From: Convolutriloba macropyga
Lineage: Eukaryota
NCBI RefSeq assembly: GCF_964194025.1
Contig: NC_134478.1
Coordinates: 38,750,001-38,814,000 of the forward strand
Direction: 5' to 3'
Length of the DNA: 64,000 bases
Shown here: positions 1 to 13,208 of the stretch, one piece after another
Layout: every line of letters starts with the position of its first letter
How positions within the stretch are numbered: the stretch's first letter is position 1
The notes under the pieces: generated by a model
Seen by the model: the letters and a program-made list of their open reading frames with translations, nothing else
Database searches by the model: none
Told to the model about the DNA's origin: nothing
Translations under genes and position numbers: made by a program

Positions 1-1522
1 CTAGTATGGGCAACCCATGAGAAGATCAATTACACTCTGTCTCCTTGTCAAAATACTTAATTTATATTAGGCAAACAACTTTACTCCGATTAATAAGGAA
101 ATTGGAAGAAATGCAATGAAAGGAACATAATAAGAAATTAAGGGCATATTAAGATTAATTCTTCTATAATCAAAATTCATGCTCAACCATATTTTTCAAA
201 AACATTTTCCCCCAAAAATTTTTATGCAAAAGTTCTGCAAACTCCGAGGATTGAATTTCAATTTTGCTTTAAAAAATTAGCTTTTCTATCAGATATTAGG
301 AAAAGTCGGAGGAAATTAATGATGCTTTCAGATTTCAATTGATAATAATTGAGTTTTCAAAAGTAGTGGCAGCCTCACGATAATTAAGGTTCTCTTTAAG
401 CTCTAAAACAATTAGACTTGCACTCGTTTTATTTAAAAGTTGTGTTTATACAAAACGGAAAATATTTCTGAGGCCGTAACAACTGAGGCAACCCGTTCCG
501 CTTTATTGAGCTCTATATTAGTCTACAAAGTAGATGAAGCATCAAAATTTAACAAAAAAAGACTAGCGCTCGCCAGTCGTTTGAATTGCTTTCAAACGAC
601 TGACGCGCGGTTGGTTTCGTCAGTAATATCTACGGTTTCGGGAAGCTAGCTCTAGCTTAAATGAAGGGGTGTGCGAGCTGGAAGGCGTGGGGGTCAAACT
701 CTAAGAACCACCCTTCAAACCATGAACTAATGACATTCATAATTTTTCCATTTTGCCTCGTAATTTTGATTGTTTCGATAAATCACTAGATGCTGTGAAA
801 TGAAAGCTGTTGAGTTTTTGTGAATATCATAGTTTTTTTAGAATTCTTAACATTACCGCATTGGTTACTTTTTGGAGACTCTTGTAATTCATGCAATTAG
901 TAAACCGAGACATTTTTCCTTTTCTTCTGGGTTTTTCTTCCATGAAAGTAGCAGCGAAACATGATTTTGCGGACTATGGCCACCCTAATTTTCAAAAATC
1001 CATTGTGTAAAATTTAATTTCTGATGTTGCCCAAACTACTACCCGTTTTCAATGCTCTTCTTTTGTTTGAGTGTTTCAAATCTTCCTTGTAGATTGAGTG
1101 CTTCAAGATATGAATATCGATTACAATGACTAGATCTGTTTTTTTTTCTGAGATTTTAAATGAGATCTCAACTGTTGTCCGCATATCAAGCGTGTTTGTT
1201 TCCTTTTCAACATGTTTTTATCAAGACTCGAAGGACAATTTCTTTGAGTTGCATATTTTCCGCTGAGCACATTTTGACTTTGAGAACGCTTGTAAAAAAG
1301 AAATAATGTATTTTGATGTTGTACCTAGTTTGTTTCATGCTAGTTCAGTTTATCATTTCACACTTATTACTAGTGTCCTAATTTTAGCCGCGGAATACAA
1401 GTACAAACTTAATAACCTATTATTCGCGCGAGTTGTATCACGCATCCACTCAATTTACGTATCAATTTTTCGCACACAATGTAGCTCGATTTCGCATATA
1501 ATCCACAATTAAGCCTAACTTA

Positions 1523-1638
1523 ATTACTACTTATTTAATTAAGGCTTACATATTACTACTAGTAGTACTTTATTACTACTTATAGTACTTTATTACTACT
1601 TATTACTACTTTATTAGTACTATTTATTACTACTTATT
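1523..1638. repeat. Low-complexity (TTA)(CTA)-type repeat
   Basis: Repeated TTATTACTACT / TAGTACT units. Confidence 0.75.
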
Positions 1639-2757
1639 AAAATTGGCCAGTCCCACATTGATATACAAAGCCTTTGATGTGCAAGGGATTTTTCGGAAAA
1701 AAATCAGTTTTTGTGGTTGCATGTATTTAAAGCACTTTAAAGCTTCAATTAAATCTTTATAAAAGTGCTTATTGCATGCTCAAAATGCTCGCGAATAATA
1801 GATACCTAAATTGAGTGGAAACGTACTACAAGATTTGTTACCTACTTTTCGCACCGAATGTTCTTTTATTTCGCAAAATTGGCGGAACCCCTTTTGCGAA
1901 AAGTAAGATACAAAGGATGTCATCTAATTTCGTTCATTTTATGTAACTAATTTTCGAGCCAATTTTACTAAGGCGGATACAACATAGTATGTTGTATGAG
2001 TTTTCTAATGAAACGATGCTCCAGTTCCCCGACAGCTATAAAGCCTATCTATCGAGTTTAATATCATCCGCCACACCAAATTTTTAGTTTCTTAGTATTG
2101 CAAAAAAATTTTCTGTGTGGGTTGCTTTGTCATTTGCTGCTATTATTAAATGTATTTTGTAAAGATGCATTTTTCAATCCGCTTGGGAGCTAATGAAGAC
2201 GATGTTTACCCTGTGATAATCAGTTTAAATGGAAGGTCTGAACTAGCTGAGCGATTGCCTGAGAAGAATTCCCACCTGAGCTACTGCATTATAAAAATTT
2301 GAGCAACTAACCACTTCTCAAACAACAGGCACAGAGGTGGTTTTCAAGCAGCAAGAGGGCTCTACCTTCCTTAGTGGGCTTCCAATTATGCTATTGAAGC
2401 TTATTATACTTACAAAATTGAATTATTTTGGTATGAAACCGATTCCAACACACTTTTGATTTTACTACTAGTTCTCTACTGTCACCAATTACGAGCCGCA
2501 GCTTAAAATTCTGAAGGAGAGCTAATTATATGCTGAACAAGTGAACAATTCGAAAAAATGTTACTCTCAGCTATAATTTCTACAGCAATTAAAAAGACCA
2601 GAAAAAGCTAAATTAATTGTGTGGGACATTAGATGGTCAATTCCTCATTTGACATAAAAGAAATCTCTTTGCAATTGCAGTACAAAATGGAAAATTGAAT
2701 TAACGAGATTGAACTTAATTTACATTCTGGCTTTTCAGCCCCGATCATCACTTCATT

Positions 2758-3506
2758 TCATCTGTTCGAAAGAGTTGTTTTCAATTGTTCAGTAGCATTG
2801 TTGATTTCTTGCTTAACTCTGTTAATTGTATCCACCCATTCTTTGGCATTCGAGTCCGGACATATCAAGTAATAAACCCTACCAGGCACGTGGATGAAAA
2901 ATATCTTGTCATTCTTCAGTTCAGGGGTCAAACTGTCACACCACTTAATTTCACCCTTATGTTCTTTGTTTCTAGGGTCAATGTAGAGGAATATAGGTCC
3001 CTGTAGGAATAGAAACATTCTCCTCCGGGAGAAATATCCCACACGTTTATCAAGCAGACCCATTTTGATGATTAGCCTGTCTTTTGCAAATACGTCCCAA
3101 GGAGTTCCCTCTTTTTGGCTCTTCAGCATTGCGCGATACTGTTCCACTGAAATATTGCCCACACCCTGTTGTTGCAGCCTGAGGTTCGCCGAGGCCAACT
3201 GACCACTATCAATACTAACTGGAACCGGGTTTGCAATTTCCGCTGAACTTGTATTGTTATAATTTCGATTTGAGGTTGGTGTCGACGAATGAGCGAAAGA
3301 GTCTTCCATGGAATCGTCGAAACCTTTGAAGACATCGATCGGTCTGTCGTGCCAGTGGCTTCCTTGCTCGTCAACTTCTTCCTGGCTTTCGCTGATTTGG
3401 TTCAGGTTGCTGTCAGAGTATAGTTCCTCTTCACTTGCACTGACAGCGGGTAGAAACGGACGCAGAATTGGAGGTCGTTGAGTTAATAGAGAGTCGAAAT
3501 CAATTT
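2758..3506 (-). CDS. PDPK1: PDK1 (3-phosphoinositide-dependent kinase 1), last coding exon: linker + C-terminal PH domain
   Basis: Acceptor TTTTTGTACAG at 3507-3508, phase 1 (G+AA=Glu). PH motifs KMGLLDKRVGYFSRRRMFLF, KGEIKW, FFIHVPGRVYYL and AKEWVDTI match the PDK1 PH domain. Stop at 2758. Confidence 0.93.
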
Positions 3507-4174
3507 CTGTACAAAAAAAAACATACAAATTCCGTCAGTTGAGAGAAATTTTTGGAAGTCACACTTATCGCAATTGCAAAACGAAGGATGTCTCAAACCA
3601 GCTTCATCAGAATTCGCAGCAATTTATTGGTAGATTCAGCTAAATATCTCATCCACACAGATTCGATGATATTAAAATTCTTAGCCCACACAAAATAAGT
3701 TTCAAGCCGAGAGACTAACAAGAATTCTACCTAACTTTGCGACTGAACATAGGTAGCATAGAGTGGCGGACAACATTTTCAGGTCAAATTCAAAGACTCA
3801 TGTCTTTCAAGGAATATAGCCTGATAATTGTCTTGTACAGTTGCTCTCTAATCAATTTCAATGAGTTTTCATTCTCAATGTAGATAGAAAAGTGACTGCA
3901 GAGGAAAGATTGTTACTGAGGTAAGTCTTTTATTCTCAAAAATTATGGCACGATTGAGCTGAAAACCATTCAAACACAGTAAAAAACGTCACCCACGCTG
4001 AAGTCAACGCAAAAATTGCTTATTGATCTCTTCCCGCGTTAAAACAGATGAACGTAAAACAAATTGACGACTACAAATTACCAAACACAGCCAGAAGACT
4101 CCTGAATTACAAACTTGACAGAGGTTTCACGTAACTACTCATTTACTTTAGAAAACTCTTTAATCAAGCAATTT

Positions 4175-5267
4175 AAACATACCCGGCAGATTGCCGGAAA
4201 ATAGCCGCCGTTGATTCCAATAAGCATGATTGGGATCGAAAGAATAGAAGATATTGAAAAAAAAAGATTTTTGTACAAAAACATTTTTTAAGTCCGATTT
4301 ATTTTGATGGTATTTCGTAGTTGAACAAAACGTACTTCTGTTTCTTAGAGAGGGGCTACTATCAATACCAATAAGCATTAGAGATGTCAACTAAGACGTA
4401 TAGGAACGACGTTCAAATAGCGGGCATCTAAAATTGGGCTTTATGGGTTTATCCCGTTTCTACTTCTGACTTCAATTTTTTGTACTGACTCTGTTCATTT
4501 TGAATTGCTTTGCTGAGCAACTGATGTTTAAAATCACTTTTAGCAGAATGAGAGAAGAGAGAAACTAGCCTAGAGAAGTCAAAAAGATATCACGCAAAAT
4601 GTTGAAAAAGCGGCAAAATGAGGTAAAGCGAAACATATTTTTATTCGACGAAGTAAAAAAACATAGCAGGACAAGTCCTGACGTACAATTCAAAGAATTT
4701 TCATTGACTAAACAGAAAAACCAGACCTAGAATGGACTAAGAGTGAATTGAGAAAACCATTTTTAAAAAATTCTGATAAAAAAATAAGAAAAAAAAACAG
4801 AAAATCAATGTGAAAATGCCGCATGTGAACAAAAAAAACCACTAACGAGAAATGAAATTTAATTCACACAAAAAACTAGGCCTAGAATGAGCTTTGAATG
4901 GATTGGGAAAACCATTTAGAAAAAATTCGATCCAAAAAATCGAAAAAACAGTAAAAATCAGAGTGAAATTGCCGCATGTGAACAAAAAACCACTACCGAG
5001 AAACCGAATTTTTGTTCAAACATCATTTTCTCACTCTACTTTAAAATTAGAGCGAAAAAAACTCACGCCGCAAAACCACTCGCTTTTTCGCTCCATTTCC
5101 TGTTTCGGCGTGACCAAATTCACTACTCCAATTTGACTTCAAAAATCATGAAAATGTGTGAACAGATCTTAAAAAAAAAGACAGCGCCCCAATACAATTC
5201 AAATTCTTTGAATTGTAAAAAAATAGGAGCACCATAATAGCCGGCTGAGAAGATGAGGGCGGCTATT
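4175..5267 (-). mobile_element. Non-autonomous Helentron/DINE-like element, family A, containing a nested family B element (4659-5217)
   Basis: Left end AAACATAC-CCGGCAgatTGCCGG-AAAATAGCCGCCGT, right end AATAGCCG...GGCGGCTATT. Inner B: AAACATAG-CAGGACaaGTCCTG-acgTACAATTCAAAGAATTT ... AAATTCTTTGAATTGTA. Confidence 0.8.
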
Positions 5268-5722
5268 AATAAAAAAAACAGAAAAAAACATCATGTCTGA
5301 TGCCAAATTTTTTGAACTTAAGTTACCACGCCAGAACAAAAAATTCTCAAAACACCAAGTTTTCGCGCGGTCAATGATAGCAGAGACAGGTCAATTTAAA
5401 GTGTCATCCCTAATAATGGACAGTCAGATTGGAGCTTCACACAAGAAACCAACCACTCCTTTACTCTTCATTGGTACTCTTCAAGACTGCTCTTTGATTA
5501 ATTTGAAATCAAAACAAAGAGCAAAATGCAAAATCTAATATGATTCTCAATAAAAATCCGAAGTTACAAAATTTTAACAAGAAAATCAGTGACACCGTTT
5601 TTGGTCAATCAGTGAAAAAAACACACAAAAACACTAACATCAAAACTCAGAAGACTAATACAATTTGATCGGGTAAACTCCTTTTAAAACACAGAGATCT
5701 AGATCAACAGTTGTATAAACAA

Positions 5723-6145
5723 AAACATAACCGACCAACGTCGCGCGAATTCCTCTCAAAAAAACGGCAAGCGGTTGACTTAGTCAGTAGCTAGCAACGG
5801 TTTAGTGAGGCTAGCTTTAGATTAATTGAAGGGGCGTAACGTGAGCACAGCGGGGGCGCAAAAGTGGCTTGGGTAGACTGATATGGGGGCGGATGTGGGA
5901 TCAATTTATAAGAACCCCCCTTCACACCATAAGTATAAGTTTCAAAAACAGTTTCTGTTAATCGCAGACTTGAAGACTAGTGAGCTGAACGGCTCCAAGA
6001 GAACTTTATGCAAACTGGGCGCTACCTCTTTATCCCGTTTCTGAAGACAAAAGTTAAATGGGTCAGACAAAAAATCGGCCACGCAAAAAATTGCATAAAA
6101 GTGACAAACAGGATTAAAATACTTGCTACAAATTGCTTTTGAGAG
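5723..6145 (-). mobile_element. Helentron/DINE-like family C copy (degenerate)
   Basis: AACATAA-CCGAC..GTCG..GAATT.CTCTCAAA start and ...TTGCTACAAA..TTTGAGAG end; similar to 38397-39050 and 53893-54308. Confidence 0.65.
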
Positions 6146-6185
6146 ATGATGACATTACGTCAACAGTAGCTGAAGTCCGGCATCA

Positions 6186-6186
<1 letters not shown>

Positions 6187-6255
<69 letters not shown>

Positions 6256-6406
6256 CGAGAGAGATAGTCAGAGATAAAACGTGAACGAGAAAGAGAAGGG
6301 AAAAACCCAAACCGACAGGGAGAGAAAGAGAGAGATAGTCAGGGATAAAACGTGAACGAGAAACAGAAGGGAAAAACCCAAACCGACAGGGAGAGAAAGA
6401 GAGATA
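6187..6406. repeat. (CA)n(GA)n microsatellite followed by a 71-bp two-copy tandem repeat
   Basis: GA run at 6198-6263; GATAGTCA(G/A)..ATAAAACGTGAACGAG recurs at 6263 and 6334. Confidence 0.9.
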
Positions 6407-6679
6407 GGGATATTTTCCATGATGGGATTCGACTCTGCAACTTCTAGTTTTCAAGCCTTGTTAGTTAAAAAAGTCAATAGAAAAAATTGAAAAAGGCAAA
6501 ATTATAAACAAAAGTTTTCCAATTAGCAGTAAAACAAACTTTTTTTCGAAACCACTTTTTTTGGCTCGAGAGTTCTGTCAAGTTACCCATCTCAACTACT
6601 TACAAAAGTTTCATTGGCCAGAATTGGTCGTTAAAATCAGAAAAGGACAAAATTGAACTTCGAGAACAATTGCAAGTTT

Positions 6680-8173
6680 TATTAAAATATTGCTAAATTC
6701 AAGATATTAATATCTTAGAAACCATTTCATTGTCTCAAGAGACTATCCAGTATCCCTATTTCAAGTCGGAAAAAGTTTCACTGTTTCATAAAGATCCATA
6801 CACTTGGAACCTGAAAATTTTCCGAAAATCTAAAAATATTTAAACTTTATTTAAACTTTATCCAAAGTTAAATAATATTGATTACCATTCCATTAACTCT
6901 ATAAACTATGCAGCAGCTTATTATCAAATCTTGGAGAAGGTCCCAGGGCCCCTAGCGTCGAAAAAACATGAAAAAAATTGCATATACTTTAAAAATTGCC
7001 TAAATTCGTGATATTAAAATCTTGAAAAACATTTCATTACATCTATAAGCTATGCAGCAACATATTATTAAACCCTAGAGGAGTTTCTGTGGCTCTTGAG
7101 GATAGAGAAACCCAAAAAATGACAACAAATTTCAAAAAAACTTAAAAAATTGCAAGCTTTATTTATAAAAAATGCTAAAACTTGTGACATAAAAAAGTTG
7201 AAAATTATTCTATGACCAACAACAATTTTCAGTAACTTAATATCAAACCCTAACGGAGTTTTTTTGATTCTTGAAGTTCAAAAAACCTGAATAATGACTA
7301 TAATTGATAAAAAATGAAAAATGGCAAAAATTGTCAAAAAAGCTTAAATTCGTGATGTTAAAATCTTGCACGACATTCCATTACATCTAAAATTATACAG
7401 AATCCTATTTTTGAACCCTGAGGGAGGTTCCTTGGCATTTGAGGCTGAAAAAATCTAAAAACGAAATCTAAAATCTAAAAAAATTTGTGACATTCAAAAG
7501 TTGAAAAACTATTCCATGGCCAAAAAAAATTGGCAGTAACTTATCAAACCCCTTAGGAAGTTTTCAGGCCCATGAGTCTGGAAAGACCTGAATAAGGAAA
7601 ATAAATTTCAAAAAAAGTTGAAAAAAATGCACGTTTTGTCAAAAAAAAATGCTAAAATTCGTGATGTTCAAATGTTGAAACCATTTCATTACTACTAGAC
7701 AATATGCAGTAACCTATTATTAAAACCTAGAGGAGGTTCCTTGGCACCTACGGCTAACAAAAATCAAAAATGTCAAAAATCTTGAAAAAAATTGTGCAAA
7801 ATAGTATAAATTTGAGTGTTTTTAGCGAACGGTTGTTCGTCAGTAGCACCGAGGGTTGATGGGGTGGGAGGAAGGGGGGGGGGGGGGGGGTAGGCAACAG
7901 TTGGGTGGGGGGTAACAGCGCGGGGGTCAACAGTGCAGGGGTCTTCAACCTCTAAGAGCCGCCTTTCACACCATAAGTATAAGTCTCCAAAACAGTTTGA
8001 GCTGAAACAGAGCTAAAAGGCTCTAAGAGAACTTAATGTCCACTGAGCGCTACCTGTTTTTGAGGACGAAAAGTCAAAAGCGTCAGACGAAAAATCGGTC
8101 AAGCGAAAAATCGCATAGAAAAAAAGACCGACAGGACTAATATAATTGCTACAAACTTCGTTTGAGAGCAATT
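6680..8173 (-). repeat. Degenerate ~140-175 bp tandem array (about 7 units) running into a family C 5' end
   Basis: GATATTAAAATCTTGAAAA-CATT.CATTAC...TATGCAG.AAC.TATTAT.AAACCCTAGAGGAG recurs at ~6703, 6873, 7009, 7186, 7354, 7489 and 7663, and once inside the C copy at 38472. The end TTTGAGAGCAATT is at 8161-73. Confidence 0.7.
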
Positions 8174-8958
8174 AACAAGACGAAAAAAATACAGAAAACT
8201 TCAAAAATAAATAATAACAGAGTGATCTGCCTCAATTCAATCAATTCATCAAAATATTCAAGATATTATTTAGATGCCTTCAATTGACCACAACTCTTCC
8301 TAAATGAAATGATCGAAAATTAAGTTTTGAGGAAAAATCAATTTGAAAGCGCGATAAGTAACATGTGACTAAAAACTTTTCTCGCAAATGAACGAAAGAA
8401 TCGCCCCAATAATTATGAAAAATGAAATTCAGTCGAAAGAAGACATGAATGAAAAAATGGTGATTTGAAGTGAGCGTGACATCATATGGCCTTGAAAAAA
8501 TGTTGACCAAAAAAATAAAAAAACGACTAATTGCGGGCGAATTGCTCTCGATCTAACGACAGGCGTGGTAAACATCTTTACATAAATCAGAGAACTTCTA
8601 TGGGTGCAGAAAGCTCCGACAGGTGGGGGTCTTAACCGTGATCTCTAAAAACCAGTATAAGTTTTTAACTAATACGATATAACTGCTTCCACACTTTGGG
8701 TTCGTACGCACAGTTAATAACATTACAAATACTTGAAAATCAAGACTTCTCCCAAGCGGACAATTTGCTGCGCAGATGCCACACAGGCACAAAAAATGTT
8801 TCTCACTCAGCATTTCTCAGATTAATGTCTACACAAAACACCTTTTCTCCCATTTTGAGCTGACTGAATTAAATACTTGTTTTCACGTGCATCAATTACT
8901 TTTACATCCGGTGACATGTACGATTTAAAAACCAAGATGAAGACCAAGATGAAAGACT

Positions 8959-11900
8959 AACAAGGAGGCTCGGTAATGTGCGTTCTCACATAATGTTCCG
9001 ACCCAGCTCATCCACATTCTTGACTAAATTGGCTACCAAATGAGTAGAGGTAGAAAACTTTCAAAAATATACAAACCGTTCGACAACCACTAATAGAACA
9101 AAATAATGCCACTTTAGAGGACCGATGAAACTTGCTGAGAGGACAACTAGAAAAAACAATCATAAAAATCAAATAAACATTAATTAGGATCAAAACTTGC
9201 TGTCTATTACAAAAAAACTAAAATCACATCAGATAAAGCCTAAACATAACAAATCATCCTATATTCTATTGGAAAAGATATGGGACCTGCCCTCAATGCG
9301 GCTGGGTAACAGGTCGACAAAAAGAGCAAAAACGGGGCGAAGATCAAAAACACGTTTCTTTTTTGGAAAACAATTAATTTCACTGATTAAAATCATTAAA
9401 AACTAACTGAAATCACTAAAATGTTCATTTATATCTCCTTAGGAAGCAATTGAGAACTATCATTATCCAGTTTACCTCACAAGATCACAGCCACAAAAAG
9501 AGGGACAAAGACCGCAAAACTGAAAAAAATCAAACTGTGCGCGAAAAAGAGTGAAGCCGTTAAAAGAATAAATTTGTCACTGAAAAATAGAAATGTTCAA
9601 TTGCGCAATTTTTCGAAACCAAAGGAACCTGTCAACAATGTTTTAATCTAAAAAGAAAACAACAATTCTATAAAATGTAAAAATACGTAAAAATCAAATA
9701 TTTTGAAAATGAAATCTCGTAGTGAAAAAGCCGGGAAACAAATGATTGAAACTATTTCCGTTATAAAGATTAAAGTATAGCTAACTGGAAACGGATTGTG
9801 ATCTATCTTTACAAAAATTAAGCTACAAATCTAATAAAAAATATTTCAAAAAGCAAAGCTGAAAACTCTAATATGTTTTTGAAAACAAAAATTTATAAAA
9901 GTCATAACAGAAATAAAAAATCAATAAAGGGGTGTAACACCTCAGGAAGCCAATTGCACCTGTTAATAATGAGAATAAATCGCAAGATAAACAACAAATA
10001 CAGGAAGAAGCAAAAACTTCAGAAACAATTTTACGACATCAGTGTTGAAGGCAATATGATAAGCTGAAGGATGTTATCTGCAAGAACAGTTAATCATCCA
10101 TTGCTTCTCATCTGAATATCAGAGGATCTGCTTTATAAAAAATACCACCTAGAAATGACCCTAAAAAACCCTAAAAATTAACCGAATCGAAATTTCTGAT
10201 AAAAGTAAAGGAAGCCCTTAGTCACAACATATAAACAACAGAGACATTAATGTTTGAATCAATAAAAGTAGGCAAGACTTCTTGTTAATAAGGTTGTCAC
10301 ACGATGGCAAAAATGAGTAAAAAGAGGACAGTTTATTAGAAAGTCATTAAAACAATTAGCTAAAAACTGAAATCGGTAGCTAAGTTCAATTACACTTCTT
10401 CGGGAAGCAATTGAGACCTATCATTATCAGGTATATGTCAAAAAGAAAGAAACAGGCAAAATCAACAAAAATTTGCGAGAGAACTGTCTCAGCCTATAAA
10501 AACACTATTCCACGAAACTTATCAACCTATTCAGTAGCCCCTTTTCAACAACGAGCATTCTTACAACACTGCAATCTTTCAATTGTACCTGTCAACAAAG
10601 TGACAATTCGGCAAAGAAACAAAACAAACCTATAAAATAAGCAATTATAACTTTTTTTTTAAAAAAACTCGTATTATCAAAACCATGAAACCATTAGTTA
10701 AAAACAAAACGGCTCCTAACATTAATTTGAAACCCAACAGAAATGTTTTGTGACCTGTCCTGACTGATACTACGCCAGAAGTTTAGAGAACTAAGATGAA
10801 ATAAGGGCAATCTTCAAAGGTTCACCTATACTTTATTCCAAGCCATAGAAGACATTAGATAACAACTGAAAGCATTATCTAGGCTCACTTATAGCTCTTA
10901 AAGAAGCCCATTGGATCTTTGAATGGGGAGACTAGGTCATTGGCCTACAAAGAGTATAACAAATAAAAACAAAAAGCCTACACCTACAAATGCCGAAATA
11001 TTTTGAACAAAAAGGCCCCGCTCGAATAAAACATTAACACTTTTACTGTAAGCATCCATGTTGAGATCAATCCCTGATATTGCTGCACGTCTAAGAAAAC
11101 AATTAATTGTTCAAAAGGTTGCCAAATACATCAGTTTTTAAACAAAATTTTTCAGTATATCAAAAATAAATATTGCATTTTGTATAATTATCGAGTTCAT
11201 ATTTTCAAAAACAATTGATGAATATTACAGAAATTGGCAAAATTATAAATCCAGAAGCTCTTAAAGCCAGCGCGAGTACAATTAGGTCTTTTAGAGCATA
11301 CGAAAGATATGTACGCAGTTTTAGGTGTCTACGTCCAGCAAGCTCAAAAGAAAAGGGGCTAAAAATGCATATTTTGTCCCATTTTGACGAAAAGGGTCTC
11401 AATTTTGAAAACTATAGCCAAAAAACTTGGATCGAACAATTCAGCATTCCTCCTGTATTTTCGAGTATTACACCAATAACACTCTCTTAATCAAAAAACT
11501 TAAAATCTTGATAACCTCCTGTAAAAAACGAAAATCAAAACATAGCTGGCAGATTGCCAGAAAAAAGCTACAAAAGCTTCGTAGATCAGCAGTCTTAAAA
11601 AACAGTAAAAAAGACAGACAAAAAATTCGTCTTTTCATTGAAGGCTGATACGTTATATTTTGATTAAAAATCTAAGTTTTTGCTGCCTCTATTAGCTGCT
11701 CTCTAATAACCTTCATTTAGATTGGCACACACCCATTTGACCTTATCTCTTTGAATTAAAGTAAATAAAAGTCAATTTCAAAGTGAGGAAGTCATTTTTG
11801 TGAGTGAGGTAGAACAAGTATGACCAAAAATTTAATCACGCAAATGAACAAAAAAACTCGCTCCACTAAGAGTGAAAAATGACGTCACGCACGCGCTTCA

Positions 11901-12203
11901 ACTTAAATAGCATGAACGAATGAACAAAAAGCGGATTTGAAGTGGTTGTGACGTCATATGGTCGTTACAAAAATCGCGACGACGAAATAAAAAAACCAAG
12001 AGGCGGCCAATAATAGCCCAGCTATGACTTTGTGGCTATTAAAAAACTTTTTAATTCCACATGCTACGCTGGACGTGCTTTCTAATGATACCACTCACAA
12101 CTCTCTACGATGATTATATCTATCGGCCAAATTTGACTGAACAAAAAAAACCCATTTGAGTATATAGTTCCTCCCTTCACTGAAGTTACAGCTCGGAACA
12201 ATT
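8959..12203 (-). mobile_element. DINE-1-like family F element (~3.2 kb) containing a family D element (11538-12040)
   Basis: AACAAG..GCTCGGTA-ATGTG.G..C.CACAT-AA.GTTCCGACCC at the left end and TCGGAACAATT at the right end. On the minus strand it ends hairpin...CTTGTT, like DINE-1. A second copy lies at 40363-43340. Confidence 0.7.
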
Positions 12204-12447
12204 ATAGCTTTGCGGCTATTAAAAAGCCTCTCAAATATAATTCTTGTTCATTTTTCGGTTCGGGAACTTGGAAATCTCCTCCAACTTGTTCTGTTTGGTT
12301 CCTCCCGGCTTCATCTCTCTAACCAAGGTAACGTTGAACAAGCAGAGCTTTTCAAACTTATCCATGCACAATTTACACTTGGTTGCTCTTTTTCAATCTT
12401 TTCACTGATACTAGGAAGGATATCGGCAAGAAGAACGAAAAACTAAC

Positions 12448-13208
12448 CATTAAAGAACATATGTTGTTTAACTGCCTCACAGCCACCCATCCTCGGATGA
12501 CCCAGCCTAAGCTCCGGATCCAGCACTAAAAACTTCTCGACCAGATCCTTGGCCACCGGTGGAAACGCCTCGGGGAACGAGTAGTCCAAGTTTAGCACTT
12601 TATAAAACATCAAATACTCGGTCTCGTCCGAAAAAGGAGCTTCCCCAGCTAGGAACTGGAATATTATAGAACCCAGGGCAAAGTAGTCACAGGCTTCTGT
12701 GACAGGCTTGTTCTGCAATACCTCGGGTGATACGAATTGTGGCGATCCGACAAATGACGACTTCCGACCTCTTTCACCCGATTCGTTCTCGTCATGTTCG
12801 ACCGTATTCCGCTGATCATCCCTGCCCTCGTTCAGATCTTTCGCCGTCCCGAAGTCAGTTAATAAAATATGATAGTCATGTTTGAGCAAAATATTAACTG
12901 GCTTCAGATCTCGGTGTAAAATAGATTGACTATGCAAGTACTGTAATGCGAGAACAACTTCTGCAATGTAGAACTTTGTACAGTTCATGTCGAATGATCC
13001 CAAACGTCGAAGAAAAGGTGCCATGTCACCCCTGATTGCAAGTGAGAGGACGAACACGACATCCTCCCCCGTGATGAAGCAGGCAATTAGTTCGGGTATT
13101 AAAGGATGACGTAATTTGCTCAGGATGTTCTTTTCACGCCTGAGACGGTCAACGATTTTCTTCTTCATGGCCTCTGCCCTGTTGCACATCTTCATGGCAA
13201 AACATTGC
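12448..13208 (-). CDS. PDPK1: PDK1 kinase-domain exon
   Basis: Acceptor TTTATTTCAG (13209-10), donor GTTAGT (12446-47). AGC kinase motifs FAMK, HRDLKPVN, TDFGTAK, SFVGSPQFVSPE, EYLMFYKV, FPPVAKDLVEKFLVLDP. Length 761 nt with phases 2/1, consistent with the flanking exons. Confidence 0.95.

Noticed and set aside
4175-5267. Interpreting the terminal hairpins as bacterial rho-independent terminators or as simple MITE TIRs
   Set aside because: The context is eukaryotic, the inverted repeats are subterminal and asymmetric, and there is no target-site duplication, which fits Helentron/DINE-type ends instead.
12210-12446. Possible extra PDK1 exon or antisense ORF next to the exon 2 donor
   Set aside because: PDK1 is complete and in phase without it, and the frames stop early.
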